From an uncultured archaeon (GTDB lineage: Archaea > Iainarchaeota > Iainarchaeia > Iainarchaeales > CSSED10-239), in contig CAZCAP010000006.1 of the NCBI GenBank assembly GCA_964496765.1, forward strand, positions 6,959 through 38,958: a stretch of 32,000 bases of DNA, given 5' to 3'. Below, piece after piece: positions 10,639 to 19,398 of the stretch. Position 1 is the stretch's first letter, and each line of letters begins with the position of its first letter. The position numbers and the translations under genes are program-made. Under the pieces are notes generated by a model. The model ran no database searches, had not been told where the DNA came from, and saw only the letters and a list, made by a program, of their open reading frames with translations.

Positions 10639-11319
10639 TTATGTAAAAAATATTGATTTTGGTAGAAACAAAATAATTGCACTTAAAATAAATGTAACAA
10701 TTATTGTAACAAACATTACTGTTGAAATGTTTATTGGTGTTTTTTTATATGCTTCATGATTATCTTTAATTGCTTCTTCGTGGAACATGTATGACATCCC
10801 AACTAGGATAGCAACATTAATTATCATATAAATAGGCATGAAAAATTTTATGTGATCAGTAAACATCATAACTGTTATCATGGGGCCCATTGTTCCACCC
10901 ATAATTCCAGACATCATTCCCTGAAGTGCACCCATTGTTGTTTTTGAGTGAAGACCTGACCAAAATCCAATTCCTACTCCTATTATGGTCCCCACCATGG
11001 CTCCAATAAAGAAACCATTGGTAATCCCAATAACTGCTCCAATCATCATTCCTGCCTGCATTCCAAGTGTCATTCCAATCATCATTCCAGTCATACAATT
11101 GATTTTTACTTTGTATGCTAAAAAATGCCAGGTGCTACCAGTGAGAAATGCAATACTGATATTTAAATACAAGAACCAGAGAGCATATCTAATCATTATT
11201 CCTGTATTTTTTAAAAACACAAAATGAATCCCAATTTCAATTATTGAGGCAACTATAAATGTTAGTAGGATAATCAATACAGCTCTTTTTTCGATTTCAA
11301 AATTATTGTTTTCGCTCAA
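10639..11319 (-). CDS. Methionine-rich polytopic membrane protein, possible copper-handling function
   Basis: Several TM segments with CMTGMMIGMTLGMQAGMMIG and MGALQGMMSGIMGGTMGPM. Start lies 3 nt from the end of the upstream HMA gene. Confidence 0.8.
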   Translation of the reverse strand: MSENNNFEIEKRAVLIILLTFIVASIIEIGIHFVFLKNTGIMIRYALWFLYLNISIAFLTGSTWHFLAYKVKINCMTGMMIGMTLGMQAGMMIGAVIGITNGFFIGAMVGTIIGVGIGFWSGLHSKTTMGALQGMMSGIMGGTMGPMITVMMFTDHIKFFMPIYMIINVAILVGMSYMFHEEAIKDNHEAYKKTPINISTVMFVTIIVTFILSAIILFLPKSIFFT

Positions 11320-11321
11320 AT

Positions 11322-11525
11322 TTATTTCACCCTATAACCTTTGTCTCTTATAATCTCTTTTATTTTAAGTTCATTAATTTTATTTTCATCAAATGATATT
11401 TTCACAATTCCATTAGCTGAAGACACATTAACCTCAGAGACTCCATTCTTTTCAAGAAGTCCTTCTTTAATTAAATACTCACAGCTTTTACAATGCATTC
11501 CTTTCACATCAAACTCTACATCCAT
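11322..11525 (-). CDS. HMA-domain metallochaperone (CopZ-like)
   Basis: MDVEFDVKGMHCKSCEYLIKEG. An RBS-like GGTGA precedes the ATG at 11525-11523. The track ORF starts further upstream at 11555. Confidence 0.88.
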   Translation of the reverse strand: MDVEFDVKGMHCKSCEYLIKEGLLEKNGVSEVNVSSANGIVKISFDENKINELKIKEIIRDKGYRVK

Positions 11526-11585
11526 TTTAATCACCTTTTTTTTATAACTAATCAATTAATTCCTAGTAGGCTTAATCAGAAACCG

Positions 11586-11596
11586 CTTATATAGGT
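11586..11596 (-). promoter_or_regulatory. Putative TATA box of the copper operon
   Basis: Minus strand reads CTATATAAGCGG, ~60-70 nt upstream of the HMA ORF start. Confidence 0.6.
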
Positions 11597-11601
11597 ACTT
11601 G

Positions 11602-11615
11602 TGAAACTAGTTTCA
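11602..11615. promoter_or_regulatory. Perfect 14-bp palindrome, putative operator/BRE-overlapping site
   Basis: TGAAACTAGTTTCA is identical to its reverse complement and lies immediately upstream of the TATA-like element. Confidence 0.5.
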
Positions 11616-11672
11616 TGAATAGATTAGAATAGGATGTGTAAAATTAGGTGAAATAAAGAAAAAAAATAAATA

Positions 11673-12182
11673 TTAATTTTTTAAAACAATAATATTTGTC
11701 ATTCCTCTTCTTTTTCTTTCAATCAATTCTTTGAATTCAAGCTTATCAAGAATTCTGCTGATCTTAACCTTTGTAAAACCAGTTTTTGAAAGTAGATCTG
11801 ATTGATAAATTGAACCCTTATTTGCAATAATTTTTTCAAGAACCAGTTTTTCATCAATTGCAAGCTCAGAAAGTATTTTTGTATAATCCATTTTGGGTGT
11901 TTTGTTTGATTTTTTTTCTTTTATTCTTTTGATTTCCACTTTGGTTATTATCTTTTCCTCCCACCCAAAGAAAATCAGATAAATTCCAATCAGAATAACA
12001 ATGATCATAATTCCTATACTAATGTTTGTTTGAAAATTAATTGTATCCCACATGGTACAACTAGAACCATGTGTACAGGAGTCAGTGACAATATCAGTCA
12101 TTGCGTTATTGAATAAATAAATTATTCCTCCAATTAATAGCGCAATAATTATTATTAAAATTCCTACAACTCTGTTTTTCAT
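11673..12182 (-). CDS. Membrane-tethered winged-helix (MarR/IclR-like) transcriptional regulator
   Basis: Two N-terminal TM segments with an external loop (SCTHGSSCTMWD), then a cytosolic wHTH (NKGSIYQSDLLSKTGFTKVKISRILDKLEFKELIERKRRGMTNIIVL). RBS-like GGAG upstream. Confidence 0.8.
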   Translation of the reverse strand: MKNRVVGILIIIIALLIGGIIYLFNNAMTDIVTDSCTHGSSCTMWDTINFQTNISIGIMIIVILIGIYLIFFGWEEKIITKVEIKRIKEKKSNKTPKMDYTKILSELAIDEKLVLEKIIANKGSIYQSDLLSKTGFTKVKISRILDKLEFKELIERKRRGMTNIIVLKN

Positions 12183-12204
12183 AAATATTCTTTACTCCTA
12201 AAAT

Positions 12205-15063
12205 CTATTCAACAAGTATTCCTGGTCTTCCAGGACTTGCAACTCTTGCTTTTGGATTATCAAAATCCTCTGCTTTCTTAATTGAAATATCACAATTAAA
12301 TATATTTTCAAGGAAACCTTCTATATCCTTATAGAAAGCAAATTCCTCTTTTTGGGTTGTAATTACATCAGTAACTGGATTCTTCATTAACCTAGTTATT
12401 GTTTTTGAAATATCCTCTTTATGCTCCTCATAGCGGGAGATGAAAAGGGACACTAACTGTCCAACATTCTTTGTTGTTTTTAATTCCTCAATTAATTCTT
12501 TATAAAATTTATATTTCCAGTCATCGGAAACAAATAGGGTAACTTTACTCACTTTTTCAAGATTAGCCATTTTAATTACTGTTCTAATTTCACCAGCTAG
12601 ATCATCAATCTTCTTCTCTGCTTCAACTAAACCAAAATCAATCTTTATCTCATCAATCTCAGGAAAATGAGAACTAATCACAAGATCATCATAGCCAAGT
12701 AAACTATTTAGTTCTTCAGCCATGTGCGGAGTAAACAAACCCATTGTTTTTATCCATTTATGTAATATTTTCTTGAATATGTTTTTATTATTTCCTCCTC
12801 TTCTCTGATACCAAACTAAATCATTATAAAAATTAAAATAAATTTCATCGGTTGCAACCTTAAACTCAATCTTTTCCATTGCCTGGGTAATGGTGTTTAA
12901 TCTTATATTGAAAATAGATTCCAACCACAAATCAAGTTTGTCCTCTTTCTTATCCATTAGATCCTTATTTTCTAATATGGACTCAACAAAACCAAATATT
13001 TTTTCAAGTCTTGTTTTATAAATTAATAGATCATCCTCTTCAAAGGATATGTTAGAAAAAGGAGATGCTACATTTGCATAGAATAGTCTGATTGCATCAA
13101 TTGAATATTTCTTTGCTTCTCTTCCAATTGATCCAACTCCACCTTTTGATTTAGATATCTTTCCTGTTTTTGAAACAACCCACCAATTAACAAATATTCC
13201 CTGTGGGTAATATTTTTCTGGTAGAAGAGCAACGTGATTCATTAGAAAAGTTGGGAAATGAACTGTTTGATGCTCCTGTCCTCCTAGATTAATATCAAGT
13301 GGGTACCAATAATCAACATCTTTTCTTATTTTTTCTAGAAGTTCTATTGAAACTCCTGTATCTTTAGAAATTTTATTTATATCTCCTTTTTCAATGAAAA
13401 CAAAATCAAAGAATTCTTCTGTTAATTGTTCAACCTTAAGTTCTCCCCTATTTACATATAATGAAACTAAATAATAGATAGGATACAATGTGCTATCTGA
13501 TATTGGCTCAATCACATAGCTGTCATCAAATGGTAATTTAGTTCCGAGCCATCTTCCTTGACGAGCACAAGCCCTATCATCAAACCAATTTAAAATGTTT
13601 GAAAGGTTATGCTTAAACTGCTCAGGAAGAATGTTCATTTCTTTTGTGTGATTAAGTGTTTTCTTTGTTAATTCCTCATCAGAATATTTAATAAACCATT
13701 GATCAACAATTCTTTTAATTATAACTTGCTCTCCGCATCTACAGAGAACTTCTTCAGATAAGTCATAAAACAAATAGGCTTGATTATTTTTAATTAATTC
13801 ATCTTTAATTTTATCTTTTACGGCCTCAACTTTTTGATTAGCAAACTCTTCACAATTGTCTTTCATAATTCCTGTATGAAAACCGATCTTATAAATTTCT
13901 TTTTTTGCTTCCTCAAGCTTTTCTTCATCCTTTTGGGATCTAATGTTTAATCTTTCACAAATTTCCTTTGCTGGATAGTCCCCATACCCTTTAGATTTAA
14001 TAATTGAGATTAATTTTATGTTTTTAATATCTGAATAATTAAGCCCATATTTCTTACACTCAAGTTCAGACGTTTGTAAATCATAGAGCCCCATATAATC
14101 AGAGGGTGCATCAGATGGAACGCTTGTAACAATTCCAGTTCCAATCTTTGGATCACAAAAACTTGATGGAAGAATAATTATATCTCTATTTATTTTTGGG
14201 GAGGTTACATATTTACCTACTAGTTCCTTTCCTTTTACTGTTCCAATGATTTTTGTATCATCTTTTTGATATTTTAGTTTTTCTGCAAACTCCTGTGAAC
14301 CAATCCAAACTTCATTTCCCACTTGGATTTTAACATAATCATTATAATAATCAAGCCATATGTTTGTTTGACCAAAAATGGTTTCTGGTCTTAGAGTAGC
14401 AACAACAATAAACTGATTATCCTTTTCAAATTTTAATTTAAGAAGAGTGTATTCATTTTTTTCTGCAGTTCCACCTTTAGATAGATCCATTTCTGATGGA
14501 TCAACAGCAACTGGCCCACACTTAACACAGGCAGTTGCAAAATATGGTTTTTGAATTAATAGCTTTTGCTCATTAAGTTTTTTAAATTGCCATTCAATAA
14601 ATTTATTATAATCTGGATAGGTGGTTACAGTAAATCTTCTATCATCCACAATGAAACCATAATCTTTATAGTCTTGTATATATTTTTCTGAGAAATAGGA
14701 AACAAATCCTTCGGGAGTTGAAATTTTTTTAAGATCATTGTCACTAAGGCCTCTATCCCTATAGTATTCAATGGCTTCTTGATCTCCTTCCTTTACCTTT
14801 TGTGCTTTAGCAACAGCACCATTTCCTGATGCGTGTCCACCAGCAGGCATAAGAACATTGTATCCTCTCATTCTTTTGTATCTTGAGATTGCATCAGCAT
14901 AGGAATATCCTCTCATATGTCCAACATGTTGGAATCCAGAAACAGTTAGATAAGCCCAGATAATGAAATACTTAGGTTTATTTATATCTATTTCTGAGCA
15001 ATTAACTTTAGATTCTTCCCAGGTTTTTTGCCATTTTTTTTCAAAATCTTTGTAGTTGTACAT
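12205..15063 (-). CDS. leuS: Leucyl-tRNA synthetase, archaeal type
   Basis: HIGH-like HVGHMRGYSYAD, editing-domain signatures (LRPETIFGQTNIWL, TGTGIVTSVPSDAPSDY), ARQGRWLGTKLPF and KMSKS-like GKISKSKGG. The track ORF starts at 15114; the internal ATG at 15063 (MYNYKDFEKKWQK) is more plausible. Confidence 0.95.
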   Translation of the reverse strand: MYNYKDFEKKWQKTWEESKVNCSEIDINKPKYFIIWAYLTVSGFQHVGHMRGYSYADAISRYKRMRGYNVLMPAGGHASGNGAVAKAQKVKEGDQEAIEYYRDRGLSDNDLKKISTPEGFVSYFSEKYIQDYKDYGFIVDDRRFTVTTYPDYNKFIEWQFKKLNEQKLLIQKPYFATACVKCGPVAVDPSEMDLSKGGTAEKNEYTLLKLKFEKDNQFIVVATLRPETIFGQTNIWLDYYNDYVKIQVGNEVWIGSQEFAEKLKYQKDDTKIIGTVKGKELVGKYVTSPKINRDIIILPSSFCDPKIGTGIVTSVPSDAPSDYMGLYDLQTSELECKKYGLNYSDIKNIKLISIIKSKGYGDYPAKEICERLNIRSQKDEEKLEEAKKEIYKIGFHTGIMKDNCEEFANQKVEAVKDKIKDELIKNNQAYLFYDLSEEVLCRCGEQVIIKRIVDQWFIKYSDEELTKKTLNHTKEMNILPEQFKHNLSNILNWFDDRACARQGRWLGTKLPFDDSYVIEPISDSTLYPIYYLVSLYVNRGELKVEQLTEEFFDFVFIEKGDINKISKDTGVSIELLEKIRKDVDYWYPLDINLGGQEHQTVHFPTFLMNHVALLPEKYYPQGIFVNWWVVSKTGKISKSKGGVGSIGREAKKYSIDAIRLFYANVASPFSNISFEEDDLLIYKTRLEKIFGFVESILENKDLMDKKEDKLDLWLESIFNIRLNTITQAMEKIEFKVATDEIYFNFYNDLVWYQRRGGNNKNIFKKILHKWIKTMGLFTPHMAEELNSLLGYDDLVISSHFPEIDEIKIDFGLVEAEKKIDDLAGEIRTVIKMANLEKVSKVTLFVSDDWKYKFYKELIEELKTTKNVGQLVSLFISRYEEHKEDISKTITRLMKNPVTDVITTQKEEFAFYKDIEGFLENIFNCDISIKKAEDFDNPKARVASPGRPGILVE

Positions 15064-15161
15064 AAAATCACAAATATTTATAATAGATACATTATATTTT
15101 ATGTTAAAATACATATAAAAATAGTATTGTATCCTAAAAAAATGAGAAATTGAATATTAAG

Positions 15162-15233
15162 CGCCCTGGGCGAGAGTCGGACTCGCCCCGCAACCTTGAC
15201 AGGGTCGCATCCTAACCGATAGACTACCAGGGC
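15162..15233 (-). tRNA. tRNA-Asp (anticodon GTC)
   Basis: Minus strand folds as GCCCTGG-TA-GTCT(ATCGGTTA)GGAT-G-CGACC(CTGTCAA)GGTTG-CGGG-GCGAG(TCCGACT)CTCGC-CCAGGGC-G. Confidence 0.93.
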
Positions 15234-15298
15234 ACATATTCCCTTTTTATAAAAAAGAGTTTATTTACTTATATAATTAACCACAAAAACATTTATAT

Positions 15299-15898
15299 TT
15301 ATATCTTGACCTTCTTTTTCAAATAAATCCAACCAATTACTAGAACAATTACAAAGATTAATATAAGTAATATTAGGTTATAAGATTTCACTATTGTTTC
15401 AGATACCTGCTCACCAATAAAATATCCAAGACTTGTTAAAAATAAACACCAGATACCTGCTCCTAGACCAGTATATAAAATAAATTTCTTTAGATCCATT
15501 TTTGCAAACCCAGCAGGAAGAGAAATGTATTGTCTAACCAGAGGAATTAGTCTACCAATAAATGTGGTTTTCCCTCCATGTTTTATAAAATAATCATCAA
15601 TCTTCAGAAGAGATTCTTTCTTTATAAAAAACATTTTGGAATGAGATAGTAAATATTCTCTTCCAAAGTATCTTGCAATAGTATAATTGATTCCTGCTCC
15701 TAGAAGAGAACCAGCTATTGCAATTATTATAATTATCCAAAAATTAAATTGCCCTGTTGATGCTAGGTACCCAGCAGGAATTAATATAACCTCCGAAGGA
15801 AAAGGAATAAATGAACTTTCCAGGGTCATTAATAGGAAAACACCAAAGTAGCCTAAAGTAAACATCAAAGTGTTTAATGATAATAAAATAAAATCCAT
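15299..15898 (-). CDS. DedA-family membrane protein
   Basis: FIPFPSEVILIPAGYLA, GSLLGAGINYTIARYFGREYL and FIGRLIPLVRQYISLPAGFAKM are DedA/SNARE-associated family signatures. Confidence 0.92.
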   Translation of the reverse strand: MDFILLSLNTLMFTLGYFGVFLLMTLESSFIPFPSEVILIPAGYLASTGQFNFWIIIIIAIAGSLLGAGINYTIARYFGREYLLSHSKMFFIKKESLLKIDDYFIKHGGKTTFIGRLIPLVRQYISLPAGFAKMDLKKFILYTGLGAGIWCLFLTSLGYFIGEQVSETIVKSYNLILLILIFVIVLVIGWIYLKKKVKI

Positions 15899-15931
15899 AA
15901 TCTATCTTTTTTTGTTTAATAGTTTTGCTTA

Positions 15932-16609
15932 TTAAATTAACATAGATAAGAAAAAGATTAAAAGGCTTACGGGAAGGAGAATTAATAAATAAATGATTGC
16001 TTTTTTCCTATTATCCTCTAAAATGGATAAATATATTGAAGAAATTATAATATATTCAACAATATAGATGATTACACAATAATAGGTAATGGAATATAAA
16101 GAAATACCAACTGTTTCACTAATCTCAGGAACAGATGTTTTTAAGCTCTTAATTAGAGAGATTACAATTCCAAGTATACCAGGAACAATCAAACTACTAG
16201 AGAAGAGAATGGTGTACTTCTGCATAAGAAGATTTGAGTTTCGTTCATCAAGAACCTGCTTGGTTTTAATAAAATTATCAGCAACAGACTTATAGTCAGA
16301 AAAGGAAATGGTTCCACTTGTTGTAGATAAATAGATTAAATCTAGGAATCTATTTAGTATCTCTGAATTATATTTCCTTTTTAAAATATCAAACAACTCT
16401 TTAGGTTTGTGGCCTTTATTTATTTTTAATAGAATATCTGTAAAGTTTCTAGAAATTATTTTATTTCTTGATTTAGAGAGTTTTTCAAGAATTATTTTTA
16501 AATCATTACTCTTGGGAATGGAAGAAAGCTTAAGTATTTCATCAACCAATGCATTTTCTAATTTTCTTCTCTCAAGAGAAAAATAATATTTTTCAAATAA
16601 ATTAAACAT
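15932..16609 (-). CDS. Type II secretion system F (TadB/TadC-like) half-size membrane protein
   Basis: Cytosolic helical region followed by two or more TMs, directly downstream of a second T2SF-like gene and a secretion ATPase. Assignment rests on topology and context. Confidence 0.65.
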   Translation of the reverse strand: MFNLFEKYYFSLERRKLENALVDEILKLSSIPKSNDLKIILEKLSKSRNKIISRNFTDILLKINKGHKPKELFDILKRKYNSEILNRFLDLIYLSTTSGTISFSDYKSVADNFIKTKQVLDERNSNLLMQKYTILFSSSLIVPGILGIVISLIKSLKTSVPEISETVGISLYSITYYCVIIYIVEYIIISSIYLSILEDNRKKAIIYLLILLPVSLLIFFLSMLI

Positions 16610-16627
16610 ATTTATTTATTTCACTTC

Positions 16628-17371
16628 CTATAGAGGATTATTGGATCTTATTACTAATAGCAGCAACATATCAATTAACGGGAAAAGTACGATTGTAATA
16701 AACACAATTGTAATTGGAGAAAAACTAAGTTCGAGAAAATTACTTCCCACCAATAAAAACATTAGAAACATGGATGGAATGATTGCTGAAAAAACAATAA
16801 ACAATAATGTTAATAAATTTAATTTAGTTGAGAATCTCCTAACCATTTGGGTTTGATTTTCAAAAATGGTGTCAGATAATGTTTTTAGAGAATACTCCTT
16901 ATTCCTGACTCCTGAATCCATAATATCTTCAATTTGATAAAAAACTCTTTCAAGTTCAGGATAACTTGAGGACACTGAAAACAAGGCATCCTGTAAATTA
17001 AAACCATGATTTCTAACCAAATACAAAGCTTCTCCAATCAATCTCCCAATCTCACTATTATCACACCTTGATTCAAGCGCAATCTTGAGCGGAATATTCT
17101 TTGAAAGATCAGTTGCTAAATTATTTAAAAAGAAGGGAAGTTCCTGTTGTATTTTTTTTCTTCTGGTTTCTAAAACTATTTTTTTATTAAAAAAAGTTAT
17201 TGAAAAGAAAATTATAAATGAAAGAATAAATATATAAATTAAATTATTAAATGATAATTCAAATAAACTATAATCCACAAGCTTGTATATAAGAAACAAC
17301 GAAAGAAAGAGAACACAATAGAGAATTAAGTTCTTTCTTGAAAAAATCTCTTCAATAATCTTTGGCATCAT
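16628..17371 (-). CDS. Type II secretion system F-like membrane protein
   Basis: QELPFFLNNLATDLSKNIPLKIALE...IGRLIGEALYLVRNHGFNLQDALFSVSSSYP...VFYQIEDIMDSG matches T2SF organisation, flanked by TM pairs. Overlaps the ATPase stop by 4 nt. Confidence 0.8.
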   Translation of the reverse strand: MMPKIIEEIFSRKNLILYCVLFLSLFLIYKLVDYSLFELSFNNLIYIFILSFIIFFSITFFNKKIVLETRRKKIQQELPFFLNNLATDLSKNIPLKIALESRCDNSEIGRLIGEALYLVRNHGFNLQDALFSVSSSYPELERVFYQIEDIMDSGVRNKEYSLKTLSDTIFENQTQMVRRFSTKLNLLTLLFIVFSAIIPSMFLMFLLVGSNFLELSFSPITIVFITIVLFPLIDMLLLLVIRSNNPL

Positions 17372-19248
17372 TTACGTTTATCTCCCTTAGCACTCATGGT
17401 TTGAATGAAAAATGAAAGAACATCCTCTGGGGAGGGGGTGGTGGTTTTGGAAGCACACTTGTCCAAGAAATATAGCAAGCTTTTATTTTGTTTTTTAAAT
17501 AGTTTATTTAATTCCAGTTGATTTTTAACTCCAAAAGCAATTCTAAATTTATCAAACAATTTTTTGGAAGTTCCAACCTTTACAAGCTTATCTTTATTTA
17601 TATCAAATTCAAATAATCTATTTAATACAGGCTTATTATTTTCAAAGATAACTTCACAAATCTCAGTTACATTTCTTAGATCTGATACCTTACCTTTATT
17701 ATATTTATTATATCTTCTTTGAACAATAATTAAATCAATAACTCCTAAATCATTCTCAATAACACCATAGGAAACTAATCTTAAAAGTGCTTCCTTTGCA
17801 CTTTGAGAATGGAAAGTGGTATAGGTTCCCTTTGCTTGCCCACAGAGCATAGAATCAATTATCGCTTTTGATTCATCCCTTGATCTCACTTCTCCAATAA
17901 CAACCCTATCGGGTCTCATCCTAAGTGTATTAATAACTAGAGAATCAAGAGTAACTCCCAAATCAGGATTAACAAGAGTAAATATCTTGTGCTCATGGGG
18001 TATGTTTATTTCTCTAACCTCTTCAACCACAACAAACCTTTCATCAGGTGGAATAAAAGAAAGAAGAGCATTAAGAGTTGTGGTCTTCCCAGAACCTGTA
18101 TTCCCAACAACAAACACATTTGAATCAGTTAAAAAAGCCAGAGATAAAAATGAAAGCGCATCAATGGACAACGTGTTTCTTTTAATTAAATCAATAATAG
18201 TAAATGGCTTTTCTGAGAATTTTCTAATTGTAACACACACACTTTCAGTAATTGGTGAAATTATTGCATTCATTCTAGACGCACCAATGGTTGCATCCAA
18301 AAGTGGATTCTTCAAAGTTATATACTTATTGGTTTCCCAGGATAATTTATTAATTAAATCTTTAATTATTTTAGAAGACGTATATACTAAGTTTGTTTCA
18401 AGCCACCCAAAGATTCTATGATACACAAAGACTGGTTTGTTTTCTCCAATTATTGAGATTTCTTCTAGACTATCATCCACAAGTAGGTTTGATAGAGGCC
18501 CATAGTCATAGAGATTACCATAGGCAATCAAAAGAATATAATTGAATTGATCAGATTCCAGTTCTATCTTTTCTCTAAGGCAATAATTAACTAGTGTTTC
18601 TTCAAGTTCGTTTTTTACAATTCCTGGTAGTTTATCAGGAGTATTTATTCTAACCTGTTTTTCATTATCATCTTTAATATCAAACCTATCCCTGTATTCA
18701 TCTATAACAAAATTAATTATTTCAATCTCATCAATTGAGAGAATGGATTCCTCAATAAAATAATATTTTTTATTTGAATCATCTATATATACGTTTTTAG
18801 AAAGGTTTTTTTTATTAAACTCAAATATTCTATAGCCTAGATATTTATTAATTATTTCTAACTCATCACTTTCACTAGTGTCATTAACCAGTTCTAAAAT
18901 ATCTGGATTGTTTTTTAAACAATATCTATTAAATGATTGTTGAGAACATAGATCACACTTATATGCTTTATTCTTTTTAACTACAATTGCATTGTGTGGG
19001 CAAACAGCAATACATTCTAAACATCCAGTACATCTTTCTGGATCAATAGATACAACCCCCTTTGCAGAGAAGTAGATTGCATTTGTTTTGCAGGCACCTA
19101 AACAGGGAGCATCTTCACAATTCTTACAATTAAATACAATTAGAGCATCTCTTACTTTAAATTCATAGGGGCAATTAAGAAATAGGTTTTTATTTTTTCT
19201 CGTAGATAGTACTTTAGCTTTGTCTTCATCTTTAAATTTAATATACAT
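17368..19248 (-). CDS. Type II/IV secretion ATPase (TadA/VirB11/GspE superfamily) with N-terminal dicluster [4Fe-4S] ferredoxin-like domain
   Basis: Walker A VVGNTGSGKTTTLNALL, Asp box VVVEEVREI, LRMRPDRVVIGEVRSRDE, and HSQSAKEALLRLV. The N-terminus has CKNCEDAPCLGAC and CTGCLECIAVCP. Confidence 0.93.
   Translation of the reverse strand: MYIKFKDEDKAKVLSTRKNKNLFLNCPYEFKVRDALIVFNCKNCEDAPCLGACKTNAIYFSAKGVVSIDPERCTGCLECIAVCPHNAIVVKKNKAYKCDLCSQQSFNRYCLKNNPDILELVNDTSESDELEIINKYLGYRIFEFNKKNLSKNVYIDDSNKKYYFIEESILSIDEIEIINFVIDEYRDRFDIKDDNEKQVRINTPDKLPGIVKNELEETLVNYCLREKIELESDQFNYILLIAYGNLYDYGPLSNLLVDDSLEEISIIGENKPVFVYHRIFGWLETNLVYTSSKIIKDLINKLSWETNKYITLKNPLLDATIGASRMNAIISPITESVCVTIRKFSEKPFTIIDLIKRNTLSIDALSFLSLAFLTDSNVFVVGNTGSGKTTTLNALLSFIPPDERFVVVEEVREINIPHEHKIFTLVNPDLGVTLDSLVINTLRMRPDRVVIGEVRSRDESKAIIDSMLCGQAKGTYTTFHSQSAKEALLRLVSYGVIENDLGVIDLIIVQRRYNKYNKGKVSDLRNVTEICEVIFENNKPVLNRLFEFDINKDKLVKVGTSKKLFDKFRIAFGVKNQLELNKLFKKQNKSLLYFLDKCASKTTTPSPEDVLSFFIQTMSAKGDKRK
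18919..19128 (-). other. Ferredoxin-like [4Fe-4S] domain region of the secretion ATPase (residues ~41-110)
   Basis: CxxCxxxxCxxxC (C41, C44, C49, C53) and CxxCxxCxxxCP (C73, C76, C79, C83), with extra CxxC and C (C98, C101, C110). Confidence 0.88.
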
Positions 19249-19398
19249 CTAGATAAATCACAGATATATTCATGAATAAAATTATTAATATTTGTATTCC
19301 TATAATTAAAAAATAATTAAACTCAAATAAAGATAAAACAATCAAGGATAATTAATATCAAACACGTTTGCCATTGCATTATAGCTTGATTTAAATCT

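Noticed and set aside
10856-11227. ORFs 10856..11098 (Trp/Asn/Gly-rich) and 10985..11227 overlapping the Met-rich membrane gene
   Set aside because: The odd composition is explained by reading Met-rich codons in another frame or on the opposite strand.
12205-15063. LeuRS as a possible duplicated or resistance-type enzyme in an accessory island
   Set aside because: It shows normal full-length archaeal LeuRS motifs and sits beside ordinary chromosomal genes, with nothing to suggest an accessory copy.
15162-15233. tRNA-Asp as a pseudogene
   Set aside because: All four stems pair and the anticodon loop is intact despite the unusual tertiary positions, so a functional tRNA is more likely.
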